Of a DNA stretch of 64,000 nt, positions 1 through 11,519 are shown piece by piece. Positions within the stretch are counted from its first letter, which is position 1, and each line of letters starts with the position of its first letter. The stretch comes from Octopus sinensis. Taxonomy: Eukaryota. The notes beneath the pieces are model-generated. The model did not search any database. It saw nothing but the letters and a program-made list of their open reading frames with translations, and was not told the origin of the DNA. The stretch is taken from the NCBI RefSeq assembly GCF_006345805.1, contig NC_042997.1:154008001-154072000 (forward strand), read 5' to 3'. The position numbers and the translations under genes were made by a program.

Positions 1-100
1 TGATGAAATAAGTACCAGTTACGCACTGAGGTTGATATAATCGACTAGCCCCCTTCCCCCAAAATTTTCAGGGCCTTGTGCCTAGCGTAGAAATAACCAT
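1..100 (+). mobile_element. 3' part of SINE family B
   Basis: aagtaccagttacgcactg...taatcgact core and gccttgtgcctag tail recur in other copies in the window (10693-11258, 40916-41130). Confidence 0.5.
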
Positions 101-681
101 CTCTCTCTCTGTTTCACACACACACACATACCCTCTCTCTATTTCTCCTTCCCCTCTCTCTCTATTTCTATCTATCTATCTAACTATCCTTATCTGTCAC
201 TCATTCTTTCACTCACTCTCCTTCTCTCACACACCCCACCCAGAACAATACACCCCACTTAACTCCCATACACTCCCTTCCACGCAATCATTTATCGACA
301 CTCTTATAACTGCGGTGACACGTGCAATCCATCCTACCTAACACCTACGCATCATACACACCTCTGACACTTCATCCGTTTACTGCGTCAATATGCTTGA
401 ATTTATCAGTGTGTGGGTGTGCGTGAATGTAAGTGTATGCATGTGTGTATGTATCTATGTATGTATGTATGACTAAAATTATCGTTGTATATGTACTGAA
501 ACTGTAAGACAATCCGCTACAACACTTAGTTGTGCGTGTCGATGCGTGTTCATAAAATTTTTCAACAAATTTAAGAATAACTATTAGTTTATATTGATAA
601 GAAGAGCCAAATTTACAGCGAAAATCAAGTTGATACACGCGCGCGCGCGCGCGCACACACACACACACACGTAAGTGTAAA

Positions 682-1000
682 CGTGGCTGAGCGTTGAGGA
701 GTTGGCTTCTCAAGTGGTTCCGAGTTCAGTCCTATTGCATGGGACTGAACATGAGCAAGTGTTCTCCATTATGACCCTGTGCTGACCAAACCCTTTCAAA
801 TGGATTTGGTAGACGGAAACTGAAAGAAGCCTGTCATGTATATACACATATGGGTGTATCTATGTGTTTGTCTAGCAGTGCTTGACAACCTGTGTTGGCT
901 GGTTTACACCCCTGTAAAGCTGTTCTACGAAAGACACCGATAGCATAAGTCCAGACATTTAAAACTAAATCTGGAGTCGATTTGTTCGAATAATTCTTCC
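682..1000 (+). mobile_element. Diverged tRNA-derived SINE family A
   Basis: tRNA-like head (gttccgagttcagtcc) and the ggatttggtagacggaaactgaaagaagcc core shared with many copies. Confidence 0.7.
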
Positions 1001-1031
1001 ATTAAAAGGTAATATACATGCATATACACTG

Positions 1032-1062
<31 letters not shown>

Positions 1063-1164
1063 GCGAACTCTAGTGAGCTTCCTCTCTTATATTACATACT
1101 TACGAACATAGTATACAATAGCTAAACATTGGGCGCTGTTTTGGACCCTATTGTGTCTACCACT

Positions 1165-1330
1165 CCGATTGGTTGGTATTGGTGCAATTTGTCTTTTACT
1201 CTATCGCGCGCCAATATGCAACCCAACCAATCACAGCCTCCAAATAAGTCACATGAGACAGTCTGTTCCAAACAAGCATTTGAGCCCAGCGTCAGCTATA
1301 AAAGCTTACTTCTTTCTAGTCTCAACGTCG
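1165..1330 (+). promoter_or_regulatory. CCAAT/E-box/TATA promoter-like module
   Basis: ATTGG at 1168 and 1178, CCAAT at 1211 and 1227, GTCACATGA at 1248, TATAAAAG at 1297. Confidence 0.35.
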
Positions 1331-1359
1331 GTTGGCTTCATACTTTCTAAGGTCTAACC

Positions 1360-3710
1360 CATAGCTTCCCAAAGTGGGTGATATCGCGCACCGGTGGGCG
1401 ATTTCAATTTACATGTGGACGATGGGCGAATTTCTAGAAAATGGTGGACGATTTGAGATTTTGTCGGGCGATATGAACATTTCGTGGGTGACAATGAATT
1501 TTTAGAAATCAAGTCTGCATTTACCAATATCTAGGCATGCCTAAAATAAAGATTCACTTTTATCGATTTGACTACTCGCATGAGACGTCCCTTCGTATTA
1601 AAAACGCGGACTTGCCTATCGATCGAATATTTTTGTTGTAGTCATTGAGAGGATTATCATGCGTGCTAAAAACAGCAGCCAAATAGGCCTAGGCCTTAAA
1701 TCACACTCTACAACAACTTTTTTTTTATGTGGGGGGGGGGGGCATAATCGCATGAATTCCCGCGTGTATAATTCAAACTTGCAAAAACTTCCTGAAAATC
1801 CGAAAAATAAAAAAGTTATGAGGAGCTATAAGTCGTGCGTAATTCTGTGGTTTCATATCAAAATACAAGTGCTATTTTCAGGCTGTTGACAAAATGTGTA
1901 GTCACGCACAAAATGACAGCTTTGAAATTGTGCTTCTTGACTGATTGAAAATGATCAAACTTTAAACCTCTATAACTTTTTTAAAACATTTTTCTAGGAA
2001 AAGTTGAATAACTCCAGCTTTTTAGCTTCGACAGGTACATTATTGTGCCAAATTTTAAAATTTTCGATAAACTTAAATTTTTGAAATGCTGGCAGATACA
2101 CGGACTAGATCAGTATTTGCTCCAGTAAAGATGTATCATCTGACTCTGCTCTATTGTCTTCTTCTCTTTGGGAATACCATACTGCCTTTCTGACGCCATC
2201 TGTAGAAATTCGTTTTCACATTTTTACTTTACTGATGCCCCCAGTCAAGAAAATTTGTCGACAGTACAGTAGTGATTATTTATCGTTCGAATTTATTCCC
2301 TCTCCTCAGAACTGTCAGCTACCAATGAGCCTTCTTTGTCAACAAACATTGTCCAATGAAGCATTGGAACCTTCACGCTTGAAGTATCATTTTGATGCAA
2401 AGCATTCTGAGAAGGACAAGCCGGTATCGGCTAAAGTTGACAAGTTTGAAACAGAATGTATCACACTTTTTGCAACTGAGCTCCTCTTTAAAAAAAAATT
2501 ACATACATTCAACACGCCACTCCAGGAAACTAGTAAACAGGAGAATGATAGGTTGATTGCATCGTACAACATTGCGTTTTCTTTGTTGCTAAGTTCCACA
2601 CAATTAGAGAAACATTACTCCGCCCAGTCATCGAAGAGGTTTTGTCAACCGTTATGCACGAAAAACCCGATAACATTATGAAGAAGATCCCACTTAATAA
2701 TAGCACAATTTCTCGAAGCATCGATAAAATGGCTAACGATGTCAAACGTCAGCTGATTAATATTCTCCAGTGTTCTGAATTTTCTATACAAGTGGATGAG
2801 TCAACTGTTGTGGACAATCAATGTTTGATGATGGTATATGTTCGGTATTTCAGCAAAGAACTTCGACCTTGTGAGGAAATGCTGTTCATAGAGAAATTGC
2901 CTCTTGATTCAAGAGCTATTTTTCACACTCTGAAATCTTTCCTTTTTGAACATAATATCCCACTCAGTAATATTCATGCCTGTGCATCTGATGGAGCCCC
3001 TTCGATTATAGGAAGATACTGAGGTTTTTCATCTCTCCTAAAGCGTGAAATTTCCAACCAGATACTGTTCATTGCTTGGCACACCGGCAGCATTTAGTGG
3101 CAAAAAATATGAACGGTAGGTTGAATGATGCGGTACGATTAGTTATCAAAACTGTGAACAAATTGAAGTCCAGTCCCTTGTCTGATCGAATTTTCCGTCA
3201 ACTCTGTCTGGGAAATGACGAGGACCATACTAAACTCTTGTACCCTACCGAAGTGGCTGTCAAAAGGCAACTGTGTTTTACGCTTTGTTGAACTGTTTCA
3301 TATAATCATATCTTTCTTTGAAGTTACTCCACTGTCCGCTTCATTGATGGCTATGATATTTCTTTTCTTTGTGATATATTCACAAAATTAAATGATTTGA
3401 ATAAGTTATTGCAAGGAAACAGAAAAACTCCCGTTTATTGTAAATTATTTATCACCACTTTCATGTCGAAATTGGTGTTGTATAAGACTAACATTTCAAA
3501 ACGTCAGTTCCATCAATTTCCACAACTTGATACTTTGAAAGATAAATTAGTTGATGAGAATTTAACTACATATCGCAACTATTTATAATCATTGCAGTCG
3601 ATTGAGGGGATGACGTTCAGGAGGAATTGATAGAATTACAAAATGACAATGATGCTATAATGCGATATCGCTGTAATGGCAAAGAAATATTTCTTATTTT
3701 GATAATCAGT
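1360..3710 (+). mobile_element. hAT (Charlie/Buster, ZBED5/FAM200-like) DNA transposon remnant with frameshifted transposase
   Basis: TIR-like catagcttcccaaagtgg at about 1360 with gggcga subterminal repeats. ORF pieces: PQCLLCQQTLSNEALEPSRLKYHF-like, IPLNNSTISRSIDKMANDV, FSIQVDESTV, ACASDGAPSIIGRY, HRQHLVAK. An unrelated repeat is nested at about 1750-2090. Confidence 0.85.
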
Positions 3711-3787
3711 GAATAGACTTCACTGACTATAGATATATACAGATACGAAGTCGAGACAGATATCGCCAGCTGACCGGTGTCTGCTAC

Positions 3788-3833
3788 TCTAGGCCGATGA
3801 AGGACAATGATCCTGAAACACGGTGTCCCTAGA
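3788..3833 (+). ncRNA. Minimal type I hammerhead ribozyme motif
   Basis: Stem I tctagg/cctaga, core CCGATGA, stem II AGGA-caatga-TCCT, GAA, stem III ACAC-G-GTGT, GTC cleavage triplet. Confidence 0.75.
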
Positions 3834-3991
3834 TGCAGTTCCGGCGGTTGGGGGTGTTTGTCTCCCCTTCGTATGTGTATATAAGGACACAGTATAAAAT
3901 GTGTCGAAGCTGTCAGGAGGCGTTCGATGCCTCCTAGGGCTATATAACGGTGGTGTACCCCCTACTGTCACGTTCTTGTTAGATTGACAGT

Positions 3992-4059
<68 letters not shown>

Positions 4060-4060
4060 T

Positions 4061-4380
4061 GCGGATTCCATGGACAGCGGACTTTTTCGGATTCCATGGA
4101 CAGCGAGGCTCACCAATGGAGAAGTTCTTAAGCAGATAAGGCCGAAAATGTCGCTAGAAGCTGGGATCACCAAGCGTAGATTGGCATAATCCCTGGAGAA
4201 GGACATCATGCTCGGGATGGTCAGTGGCAAGAGAGGAAGAGGCCGACCAAGAACCCGATGGCTTGACACCATCAGGAGTGATACCGGAATGGACATGGCC
4301 AGTCTGAAGGAAGCGGCCCAGGATAGAACTGACTGGAGGACACTGATCCAACGAGTGACCGAGAGTCGACTTCGACTGAG

Positions 4381-4385
<5 letters not shown>
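4061..4385 (+). mobile_element. RTE-clade LINE 3' fragment inserted in (TA)n
   Basis: Encodes MLGMVSGKRGRGRPRTRWLDTI...DRTDWRTLI; flanked by (TA)n on both sides; close relative at 63586-63915. Confidence 0.85.
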
Positions 4386-4441
<56 letters not shown>

Positions 4442-4539
4442 AACAACACCAAAATAATCGCTACCTTCAAGGACGCCAATATCAACAACAGTAGCACCAG
4501 TACCAACAACAGCGGTAGCAGCAGCGCGAACATTAGCAG

Positions 4540-4913
4540 ATAAAACATCGCCAACGCTCGCGCAAAGAAATACGTTGGATGCTCCGATAACACATTTAAG
4601 CGACACCTCTCCAACCACAGGTCCTCTTTCAGGATACTGGAAAGAAGATACGCCAGCCATGTATAGCGGCTGAAGGACGAAGGAATTCCAGGGGCCTGGA
4701 TTTTCTAAGATTCTCCATGATATTTCATCATGGAGAATCCTAGAAAATCCAGGCCCCCTACATAAACGGGACCAAGCGTTGTAAACTGTGCCAAGCCGAA
4801 CGGGCGAGGATATTAAAGGACTCCCTCGACCCGGGGAACATCCTATCCTTAATTTCAGAATGGAAATCTTTGGCCCCGGTTTGCACTTCAAGAAATTCCT
4901 GCTGGCGTCCTAG
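4540..4913 (+). mobile_element. Penelope-like element GIY-YIG endonuclease 3' fragment (pseudogene)
   Basis: Frameshifted KKYVGCSDNTFKRHLSNHRSSF, WRILE, GTKRCKLCQAERARILK and ILNFRMEIFGPGLHFKKFLLAS*, matching the PLE C-terminal pattern YxG...HxxSF...CxLC...LNxRxE. Confidence 0.7.
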
Positions 4914-5081
4914 AACCCACACGATAATAGAGTCAATTACTAATAATAGCCAAAAGTAGACAATCTCCTGTTATTGACAGAGTAACGAAGTCTTTTCCTC
5001 CTCCAATTTCTAGTGAGGTCACTTGCTACAGAGGCCATGTGTCAACAGGTTTTGGGGTCTGGTGATACGCTGTGAAGTTAA

Positions 5082-5164
5082 GCCGGTCTATGGGATTACC
5101 CTGGGTTTCACGTCCATGAAAGCGTTTTATGGACTTGAAACCCAGGGTAATCCCATAGACCGGC
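5082..5164. repeat. Perfect 29-bp inverted repeat with near-paired inner stem
   Basis: 5082-5110 is the reverse complement of 5136-5164; inner gtccatgaaa/ttttatggac also pair. Confidence 0.95.
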
Positions 5165-5472
5165 CTTATCTATTTGTCTTCATATATGTGTGTATGTGTG
5201 TGTGTTTATAGATGCGTGTTCTGCGTAAGTTAAGAAACGGTGACGAGTGAAAATGTTTTGTAAATATAAGCTTTCACCGTATGCATTGACCATAGAAAAT
5301 AGCCTAATATTGGGGCCTATAAACCCATGTGTGTGTGTACATATATAACATGTTTATATAATATATATGTACATTTTACACACACACACACACACATACA
5401 CACACATACACACGCACATAGTTCACTATTCCGTTAACAACAAACTCCACGCCTACATTTATATATACATGT

Positions 5473-5545
<73 letters not shown>

Positions 5546-5672
5546 GACATAGATATTTAGAAAGACCTGGAAAAGAGAGAAAAAGAGAAATGGAAAGAAA
5601 GTCATAATGTGTGTGAAGTTCATAACACTGTCCTGAATTTGTTGACTTGGAAGAAAGACTGCTGTGTGAAAA

Positions 5673-5745
5673 GGTTATTAGTACAAGACTACACCATTAT
5701 ATATATATATATATATAAATAATGGTGTAGTCTTGTACAATAACC
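5673..5745. repeat. Inverted arms around a (TA)n loop
   Basis: gtacaagactacaccattat (5681-5700) and ataatggtgtagtcttgtac (5719-5738) are reverse complements. Confidence 0.9.
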
Positions 5746-6515
5746 ACCGATACTCACACACGTCACCTTATCTTTTTATGTTTTATTTTTCTTTTAGAAA
5801 CTTACATCAAATTTATATGGTTAAAACAGCAGAAATTAATTCAGATTTTTAAAATATCATACAAACATGTGTGTGTGTGTATGCACACACACACACACAA
5901 AAAAAAAGGTGCGATGGGTAAACTGTCGCCATTTTATACTTTTAATTTTGCGCATTATTTTTGATTTTGTCTACTACATAATATGGTAGGGTCAGCTGGG
6001 CACCGTCTGTGAGAAAAACAGCACCATGATGCAATTCACTCTGCCAGAAATTTGGAAACGACATGCTGTACTACTTCGCAGTCGCGCCGGAAGCTCCAAT
6101 ACGAACATTTCAGAGCGCTTGAGTGTCAATCTGAGGACATGTACCGAGAATGATAAAAATCAAACATCCAGTCAACATCATGGTGTCTGGAGTGATCACT
6201 AGTGATGGTGACGTTATGTCTCCACTCATTATCTTACACGGTTTCAGACTCTACACAGAGGCCTACATCAAGTGCTTGGAGGAGGTACTGCTGCTCTGAG
6301 TCAAGAGAGTGGCTGCTGGAAGACCCTATGTCTGGTAACAGGTCTCTGCACCATGTCACACAAACAGGAGAACCCAGTCATGGCTGTCAGACAATTCCTG
6401 TGACCACATCACCCCTAACATTTGGCTACCTAACTCCCCAGACTGCAACCCCCTTGATTATTAGTAGGATACAATTGAGCGGGAGATCAATGAAAATCCT
6501 TGTAGCACCAAAGAT

Positions 6516-7938
6516 TTGGAGAAATCTTTTTCCCACGAGAATGCCGGACCCCAGTTATGAACTCAGCCAATAAGAGCTCAACTATTAAACTAATTTATGA
6601 GCGCATAACAAGTGATGAGCGATAAGATAAAGTCACCTGGGTAAGGAATGACCATGCTTCTTTTCTCTTAATTATGGTTGTTCTTGTTTCAACCATGGCT
6701 GCCTGTACGTAGAGGCGATTTTTTTTTCTCACGAGAGTTCCGGACTCCAGTAATGGACTCATTTGTATACAGCCAATCAGAGCTCACCTTGAGCTTGTTG
6801 TCAAGTTAACAAATACACTCTACCAAGTAAGCTCAAGACGAAGAACGGTGTTGTAAGTCTACCGATCACCAAGTTATGTTTGATTTTAGGAGGAGACAAG
6901 TAATTAGATTTGTATCTATACCTATTATAGGATTTTGTAAGCGCCCCATATGGTAAAGATGTGGATGGGGAAAATGTGGGCAGAGGGTGGTGTGCTAGCA
7001 ACTCTCTCCCCTTACTGTTTTACAAAGTAAACAACAACACAAATCCTACGCAGAGGCAGCCATGGTTGAAACAAGAACAACAAGCATAATTAAAAGAGAA
7101 AAGAAGCATTGTTATTCCTTAATCAATTGACCTTATCTTATCGCCTGACTGGGTGAAAATGATCAAACTTTAAACCTCTTTTTCTTTTTTTTTTTCTTTT
7201 ACTTGTTTCAGTCATTTGACTGTGGCCATGCTGGAGCACCGCCTTTAGTCGAGCAAATCGACCCCGGGACTTATTCTATCGGTCTCTTTTGCCGAACCGC
7301 TAAGTAACGGGGACGTAAACACACCAGCATCGGTTGTCAAGCAATGCTAGGGGGACAAATACAGACACACAAACACACACATACATACATATATACGACA
7401 GGCTTCTTTCAGTTTCCGTCTACCAAATCCACTCACAAGGCATTGGTCGGCCCGGTGCTATAGCAGAGGACACTTGCCCAAGATGCCATGCGGTAGGACT
7501 GAACCCGGAACCATATGGTTGGTTAGCAAGCTACTTACCACACAGCCACTCCTGCGCCTATAACTTTTTAAAAACATTTTTCAGGGAAAAATGAAATAAC
7601 TCCAGCATTTCAGTTTGGGTAAGTGTATTATTGTGCCAACGTTGCAGTAACCTGTGAACATCGAACGATCAACATCAAGAAGGAAGAAATATTATCTACA
7701 TATAATTTATTCGTTTGTTCGACAGGTAATTAGAAACAGTAGTACTTGTAGTGATGGCGAAATTTTTTTCGATAGTGACAAAAAGGTTGCTATCTGCCAG
7801 TAGAGAGAGGAATAGTAAGGAATGCACGGTGCTGACTAGAAAGGAAGAAAGGATAAAGGTGGCTCTGCTCTGATTGGCTGTATGCAAATAAGTTCATTAC
7901 TGAGGTCCGGAACTCTCGTGGGAAAAAAAAACATTTCG
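6516..7938. mobile_element. TIR-bounded non-autonomous element nested in the Tc1/mariner copy
   Basis: Left end tttttcccacgagaatgccggacc...cagccaat and right end attggctg...ggtccggaactctcgtgggaaaaa are inverted repeats. Confidence 0.65.
7196..7558 (-). mobile_element. SINE family A
   Basis: Full head (ggcgcaggagtggctgtgtgg on the minus strand), core and gagtaaa-type tail. Confidence 0.9.
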
Positions 7939-8127
7939 CGTCTAGGAGATTCCGAAGTCGTGGTTGAAACCATTGTCGATGTTTTACTCTTTAGTATTTC
8001 AAGATACTTTTCTATAATGTTGATAAATATATTTGTTAAAAAAATGAGATGTCACAGTTATTTCCATTTTTGCGTAATTTAGACAATAGTTTATTCACCG
8101 CACGATGTATATGTATATTCTAAAAAA

Positions 8128-8450
8128 GACTCCGCCGGTTACGACGACGAGGGTCCCAGCTGATACGATCAACGGAACAGCTTGCTCGTGAAATTAACGT
8201 GCAAATGGCTGAGCATTCCACAGACACGTGTACCCTTAACGTAGTTCTCGGGGATAATCAGCGTGACACAGAGAGTGACAAGGCTGACCCTTTGAAAATA
8301 CAAGTACAACTCATTTTTGCCAGCTGAGTGGACTGGAGCAACGTGAAATAAAGTGTCTTGCTCAAGGACACAACGCGTCGCCGGGAATCGAACTCACAAC
8401 CTTACGATCATGAGCCGAATGCCCTAACCACTAAGCCACGCGCCCTCACA
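8128..8450 (-). mobile_element. tRNA-derived CORE-type SINE (family C)
   Basis: Minus strand has A/B boxes (ggcttagtggttaggg...gttcgattccc) then ttgctccagtccactcagctg core; relatives at 21700-22018 and 47830-48145. Confidence 0.8.
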
Positions 8451-9059
8451 TGTATATAACTACACACACACACACACAAATATCTTGCCTGTAAAACCCT
8501 TTCTGAGTACGCAACCAGCTGTGTAACTTTTTCACTTTTGAATTCTTTTCTCCTGGATTCTAAATTTAGTTTGAATGTAGGATATTATGACTCCGTCGAA
8601 AAATTATTTCCTCATATTCTGTTCATTGTAATATTGCTGGGTGCCCGCTTCTTACACGGCTCAAACGGTATATTTCATATGGCACTATGTCTACAAAGAG
8701 AAACAGGATGTTGTAGCGTATGTAGGAGGGGCAAGTGGAAAGTCTCCCCCGCGTTGCTAAGTCTACTGTATAAAACTTGTGTAGGCTGTACTGTTGGAGG
8801 ATAGGGTGGGGCATAAACAACAGCTACTCCGGATGACCGACAATCTAGCTATACTACTCAAAGGATGGTTAGGACAAGAATGTCTTCAATTTTAAGTATA
8901 TTTGTAACGGGAACTAATATAGCTTCACTGCACTTTTAAGGTGCAGTTGGTGCATACAAATTACCGTTGCTTTAATATCCAGATTCTACCAGTCAGAAAC
9001 AACAAGACGCAAACGTAAAAAATATATATCTACTTTATTCTCTTATGACAGTAACCAAT

Positions 9060-9460
9060 AAGTGGTATATCTGGTTCCGCTTGGTATGGATGTGTCAGAG
9101 CTGAACTTTATCGCTTGTAAGATTTTACAGTGTTCAGCCGCTAAAACAGAACTGTGGTCAAAATGGCGTCCGGAGGGAGAAGATGATGTGGTCTGCAACA
9201 AATATCAGGATTGAAAATCTTCTGCTGCTATATCAAGTCCGGACAGAGAGAGCGACACGTCTGGTGCCTTCGGCCGCTGTGTCTCAAGTCAGCCTACTGC
9301 TGCTATGTCTCTCCGGACCCTTTTAAGGTTCACGCTCCCTTGCCTCGGCTAACTGCCACGTCAGCAAAACTCCCTCTTCCGGCCTTCGCGTATGCGCGAG
9401 AGGGCGTTGCGCGCGCGCGCGCGCTGTTGGATAGCGTCACTACATATTCGATCAAGGGTG
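9060..9460. promoter_or_regulatory. CpG-rich housekeeping-type promoter / first-exon region
   Basis: Local GC/CpG enrichment; YY1-like CAAAATGGCG, CRE/G-box-like TGACGTGG, ETS-like CCGGAAG, NRF1-like GCGTATGCGC and a (CG)n tract. Confidence 0.6.
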
Positions 9461-9778
9461 TCATCAATGACCTATACTGGTGGAAAGTGCAACCACGTCT
9501 CCCTCAAATCATACTACGCTACCTTATGTATGTATATTGTATATGTATGAATCAACAAAAAAGAACTTTATGCCATAACACGACCTGCTTAAAATAGTAG
9601 CTTCTATACACATCTGCATGTGTCTGTATACATACATAAAGTGGCGGTGTCTCAGCATGGCCACAGCTCGTGAGTTGAAATTAGATAAAATAAAAGACAG
9701 ACTTAATCCGTTTGTCTGTCTTGTGGGCAGTAAAGAAATAGGTATGGGATATTGAATGGTCGTTTAGCAGTTTTCAAC

Positions 9779-10236
9779 ACAATTTCTAGTTAACTAAACA
9801 CTTTTAAACTTCGTATACTGGTAGAATGTGATTATAAAACATCATTTTCTCTTGGTTTTATTGAGAAAATTCTATAGTTTGTAAGATATTTCGTCTGAAA
9901 TTTCGAGCATTTCGGCAATTTTAACCAATCGATTACCTCCATTGAGCTTAAAATGTTACACGCGTAACAATTAAATTAATTTAACAATTAAGAAAAAAAA
10001 AATTTAGGGTTAGGGTTAGGGTGGGGGTTAGGGTGGGGGTTAGTGACAGGATGTTGTCTCAGTTTTAGACGCAGCAAATGATTTTAGCTAAATAGAGGGT
10101 TAAAATTCGAAAAATTAAACTACGTTAAACAAACGAATTACAATTTTATCAAGAAAGCCAAGAGAAAAAAATGTTTTATTTTGACACATTCTACCAGTAT
10201 ACGAAGTTTCAAAGAGTTTAGTTAACTAGAAATTGT
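9779..10236. mobile_element. MITE with about 90-bp TIRs and internal TTAGGG repeats
   Basis: acaatttctagttaactaaac...cttcgtatactggtagaatgtg is mirrored at 10140-10236; (TTAGGG)3 at 10004-10021 plus variants. Confidence 0.8.
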
Positions 10237-10692
10237 CTGCCGTTCAAAAGGAAAAGATCCATGAAAGGTAGTAAAGAGAGAAAAGAAGATGTGTAGAGAG
10301 AAAGAACGATAGAAATAGATAGAGAATGTTTTACAAAGAAGAGGATTGGAAAGGTTAGAAAACGGAGACCACGTCCACCAAATGTTGAAAGCTGTGTGGG
10401 GTACCACTGAGTAAGAATAGAAGCGGATGTCTGGCTTTACAAATATATTTCGGAATTTCTTTCGGGTTGCAATTATTTATAGTTAAACGTTTCCTTTCAA
10501 ACAACTTTTTCATGCTCATTTTGGACTTAACAACCTATATGAGAAAATCGTTTTGACTGAAAGAATTTTGAAAGGGTTTTATTTTTAGACTGGGGTTAAA
10601 TCCATTCAACCAATTACAAAGAGCTTGGGAGTGGTACTGAAAGATGGAGAGAAGTATTATACATTTTAACTGGGTGGCAGCTGTCTTCAATA

Positions 10693-11258
10693 TATTCTTT
10701 AGTACCCACAAGGGGCTAAACAAGGACAGACGAAGGGATTGAGTCGATTATATCGACCCCAGTGCGAAACTGGTACTTAATTTATCGACCTCGAAAGGAT
10801 GAAAGGCAAAGTTGACCTCGGCGGAATTTGAACTCAGAACGTAACGGCAGACGAAATACCTATTTCTTTATTACCCACAAGGGGCTAAACATAGAGGGGA
10901 CAAACAAGGACAGACATAGGTATTAAGTCGATTACATCGACCCCAGTGCGAAACTGGTACTTAATTTATCGACCTCGAAAGGATGAAAGGCAAAGTTGAC
11001 CTCGGCGGAATTTGAACTCAGAACGTAACGGCAGACGAAATACCTATTTCTTTATTACCCACAAGGGGCTAAACATAGAGGGGACAAACATAGGTATTAA
11101 GTCGATTACATCGACCCCAGTGCGTAACTGGTACTTAATTTATCGACCCCGAAAGGATGAAAGGCAAAGTTGACCTCGGCGGAATTTGAACTCAGAACGT
11201 AACGACAGACGAAATACCGCTAAGCATTTCGCCCGGCGCGCTAACGTGTCTGCCAGCT
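10693..11258 (-). mobile_element. Head-to-tail trimer of SINE family B
   Basis: Three near-identical units with junctions at 10860/10861 and 11044/11045; only the rightmost unit keeps the head. Confidence 0.9.
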
Positions 11259-11519
11259 AAGTAATGCTATATATTCAAAATTAACCATACATGCTGGTTT
11301 TGTTGTTGTTATTGTTGCTGCTACTGTTGTCATTGTCACTTATTTTTTTTGTATTTTGACACTACTTTTCTTCAGAAGTTAGTAGTCATAAACTCCCTAG
11401 GGAATTTTTTGCCAGCTTCATCACTTTTATTTATTTATTGTTTTGAAACGAGAGCGAACTTAAGCATTTTATACTGACAGATTTTAGACACTTTTTTCTG
11501 AAGCTGCTCTCTCACTCAA

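Larger units (their letters stand above)
5908..8104 (+). mobile_element. Internally deleted Tc1/mariner element, interrupted by a 1.4-kb insertion
   Basis: Homologous to 26200-27030; QDSAPCH- and WLPNSPDCNPLDY-like remnants; the sequence breaks at about 6515 and resumes at about 7939 (taggagattccgaagtcg). Confidence 0.8.

Noticed and set aside
3979-4891. Long ORFs of 211 and 245 aa with IYIYIY runs
   Set aside because: Read-through of (TA)n and antisense RTE/PLE fragments.
5235-5290. GTGACGA GTGAAA...TTTCAC hammerhead-like hairpin
   Set aside because: It lacks the C3 and the GAAA core after stem II.
7334-7594. Recurrent ORFs starting MSSNARGTNTDTQT or MLGGQTQTH (also 32541, 43992, 58522, 62404)
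   Set aside because: They are translations of SINE family A copies, not genes.
8380-8450. tRNA-like sequence
   Set aside because: It is the head of a SINE, with no complete cloverleaf acceptor stem.
8538-8804. Possible innexin-like exon (DSVEKLFPHILFIVILLG; CWVPASY in another frame)
   Set aside because: The two resemblances are in different, overlapping frames with no consistent splice structure.
10693-11258. Regularly spaced repeats suggestive of a CRISPR array
   Set aside because: These are 170-185-bp SINE units without unique spacers, in a eukaryotic context with no cas genes.
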